This document shows, one piece after another, positions 63,618 through 64,000 of a DNA stretch of 64,000 nucleotides. The notes below the pieces were generated by a model. That model ran no database searches. It was not told the origin of the DNA and saw only the letters and a program-made list of their open reading frames with translations. Made by a program: the position numbers and the translations under genes. Position 1 is the first letter of the stretch; each line of letters starts with the position of its first letter. This DNA is from Octopus bimaculoides. Its lineage: Eukaryota. The stretch spans positions 84,688,493-84,752,492 of the forward strand of contig NC_068985.1 of the NCBI RefSeq assembly GCF_001194135.2, written 5' to 3'.

Positions 63618-63779
63618 AAAACAGTTTGAGTCAGCCCTATGTGACTGAAAGTTTCGTAGGCTTCTTAAAGAAACTTAGCCTTCAGAGTCAGATGGTCTGA
63701 TTTGGCTGAGCTCAATGACTAGGTTTCTGTAAGAAGCCTACAAGACCTTAAGTTGCATGGAGCTGAATCAAACTGTCTT
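63618..63779. repeat. Fold-back, arms about 62 bp (roughly 75-80% identity)
   Basis: aaaacagtttgagtcagc...gtaggcttcttaaagaaacttag against ctaggtttctgtaagaagcctac...gctgaatcaaactgtctt. Confidence 0.85.
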
Positions 63780-63799
63780 AAACAATAATATATGTAACT

Positions 63800-64000
63800 C
63801 CAAAGGCAGCGAGCTGGCAGAAACGTTAGTACGCCAGGCAAAATGCTTAGGGGTATTTTGTCTTTGTATTCTGAGTTCAAATTCCGCCGAGGTCGACTTT
63901 GCCTTTTACTTTTTGGGGGTCGATAAATTAAGTACCAGTTGCGTACTGGGGTCAATCTAATTGACTGGTCCCCTCCCCAAACATTTCGGGCTTTGTTCCT
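63800..64000 (+). mobile_element. SINE family B, young copy truncated by the window end
   Basis: aaggcagcgagctggcagaaacgttagtacgcc...ttcaaattccgccgaggtcgactttgcc...gtcgataaattaagtaccag. Confidence 0.9.

Noticed and set aside
2390-63648. Many ORFs rich in HT/CV/YI, poly-I/N/M/D or poly-L repeats
   Set aside because: These are translations of (CA)n, (TA)n, (AAT)n and (GAT)n microsatellites, with no coding signal.

Overview
AT-rich, repeat-saturated eukaryotic genomic DNA. It is microsatellite-rich, contains about ten N-gaps, and has no intact protein-coding gene, rRNA, true tRNA gene or CRISPR array that I can support. The SINE repertoire and microsatellite load look like an octopus genome (inference from remembered sequence, not a database hit). 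The window is a layered collection of mobile-element relics. It has several tRNA-headed SINE families (labelled A-D here), mariner, hAT and piggyBac DNA elements with TIRs/TSDs, and a Helitron 3' end. Decayed coding relics come from Ty1/copia, Penelope (GIY-YIG), R4/Dong-like, CRE-like and RTE retroelements. Almost all ORFs in the supplied track are microsatellite or N-gap artefacts. Most notable: (1) an inverted pair of decayed hammerhead ribozymes at 54.9-55.1 kb whose two-arm consensus restores a complete type I core, plus a near-intact minimal hammerhead at 48.36-48.40 kb; (2) six unrelated long fold-back elements; (3) a two-piece, microhomology-bounded templated insertion matching a mariner about 2 kb away; (4) a SINE with a 45-bp target duplication; (5) SINE families with swappable 3' tails and an apparent (ATT)n target bias. 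Coordinates were counted by hand and may be off by a few bases.
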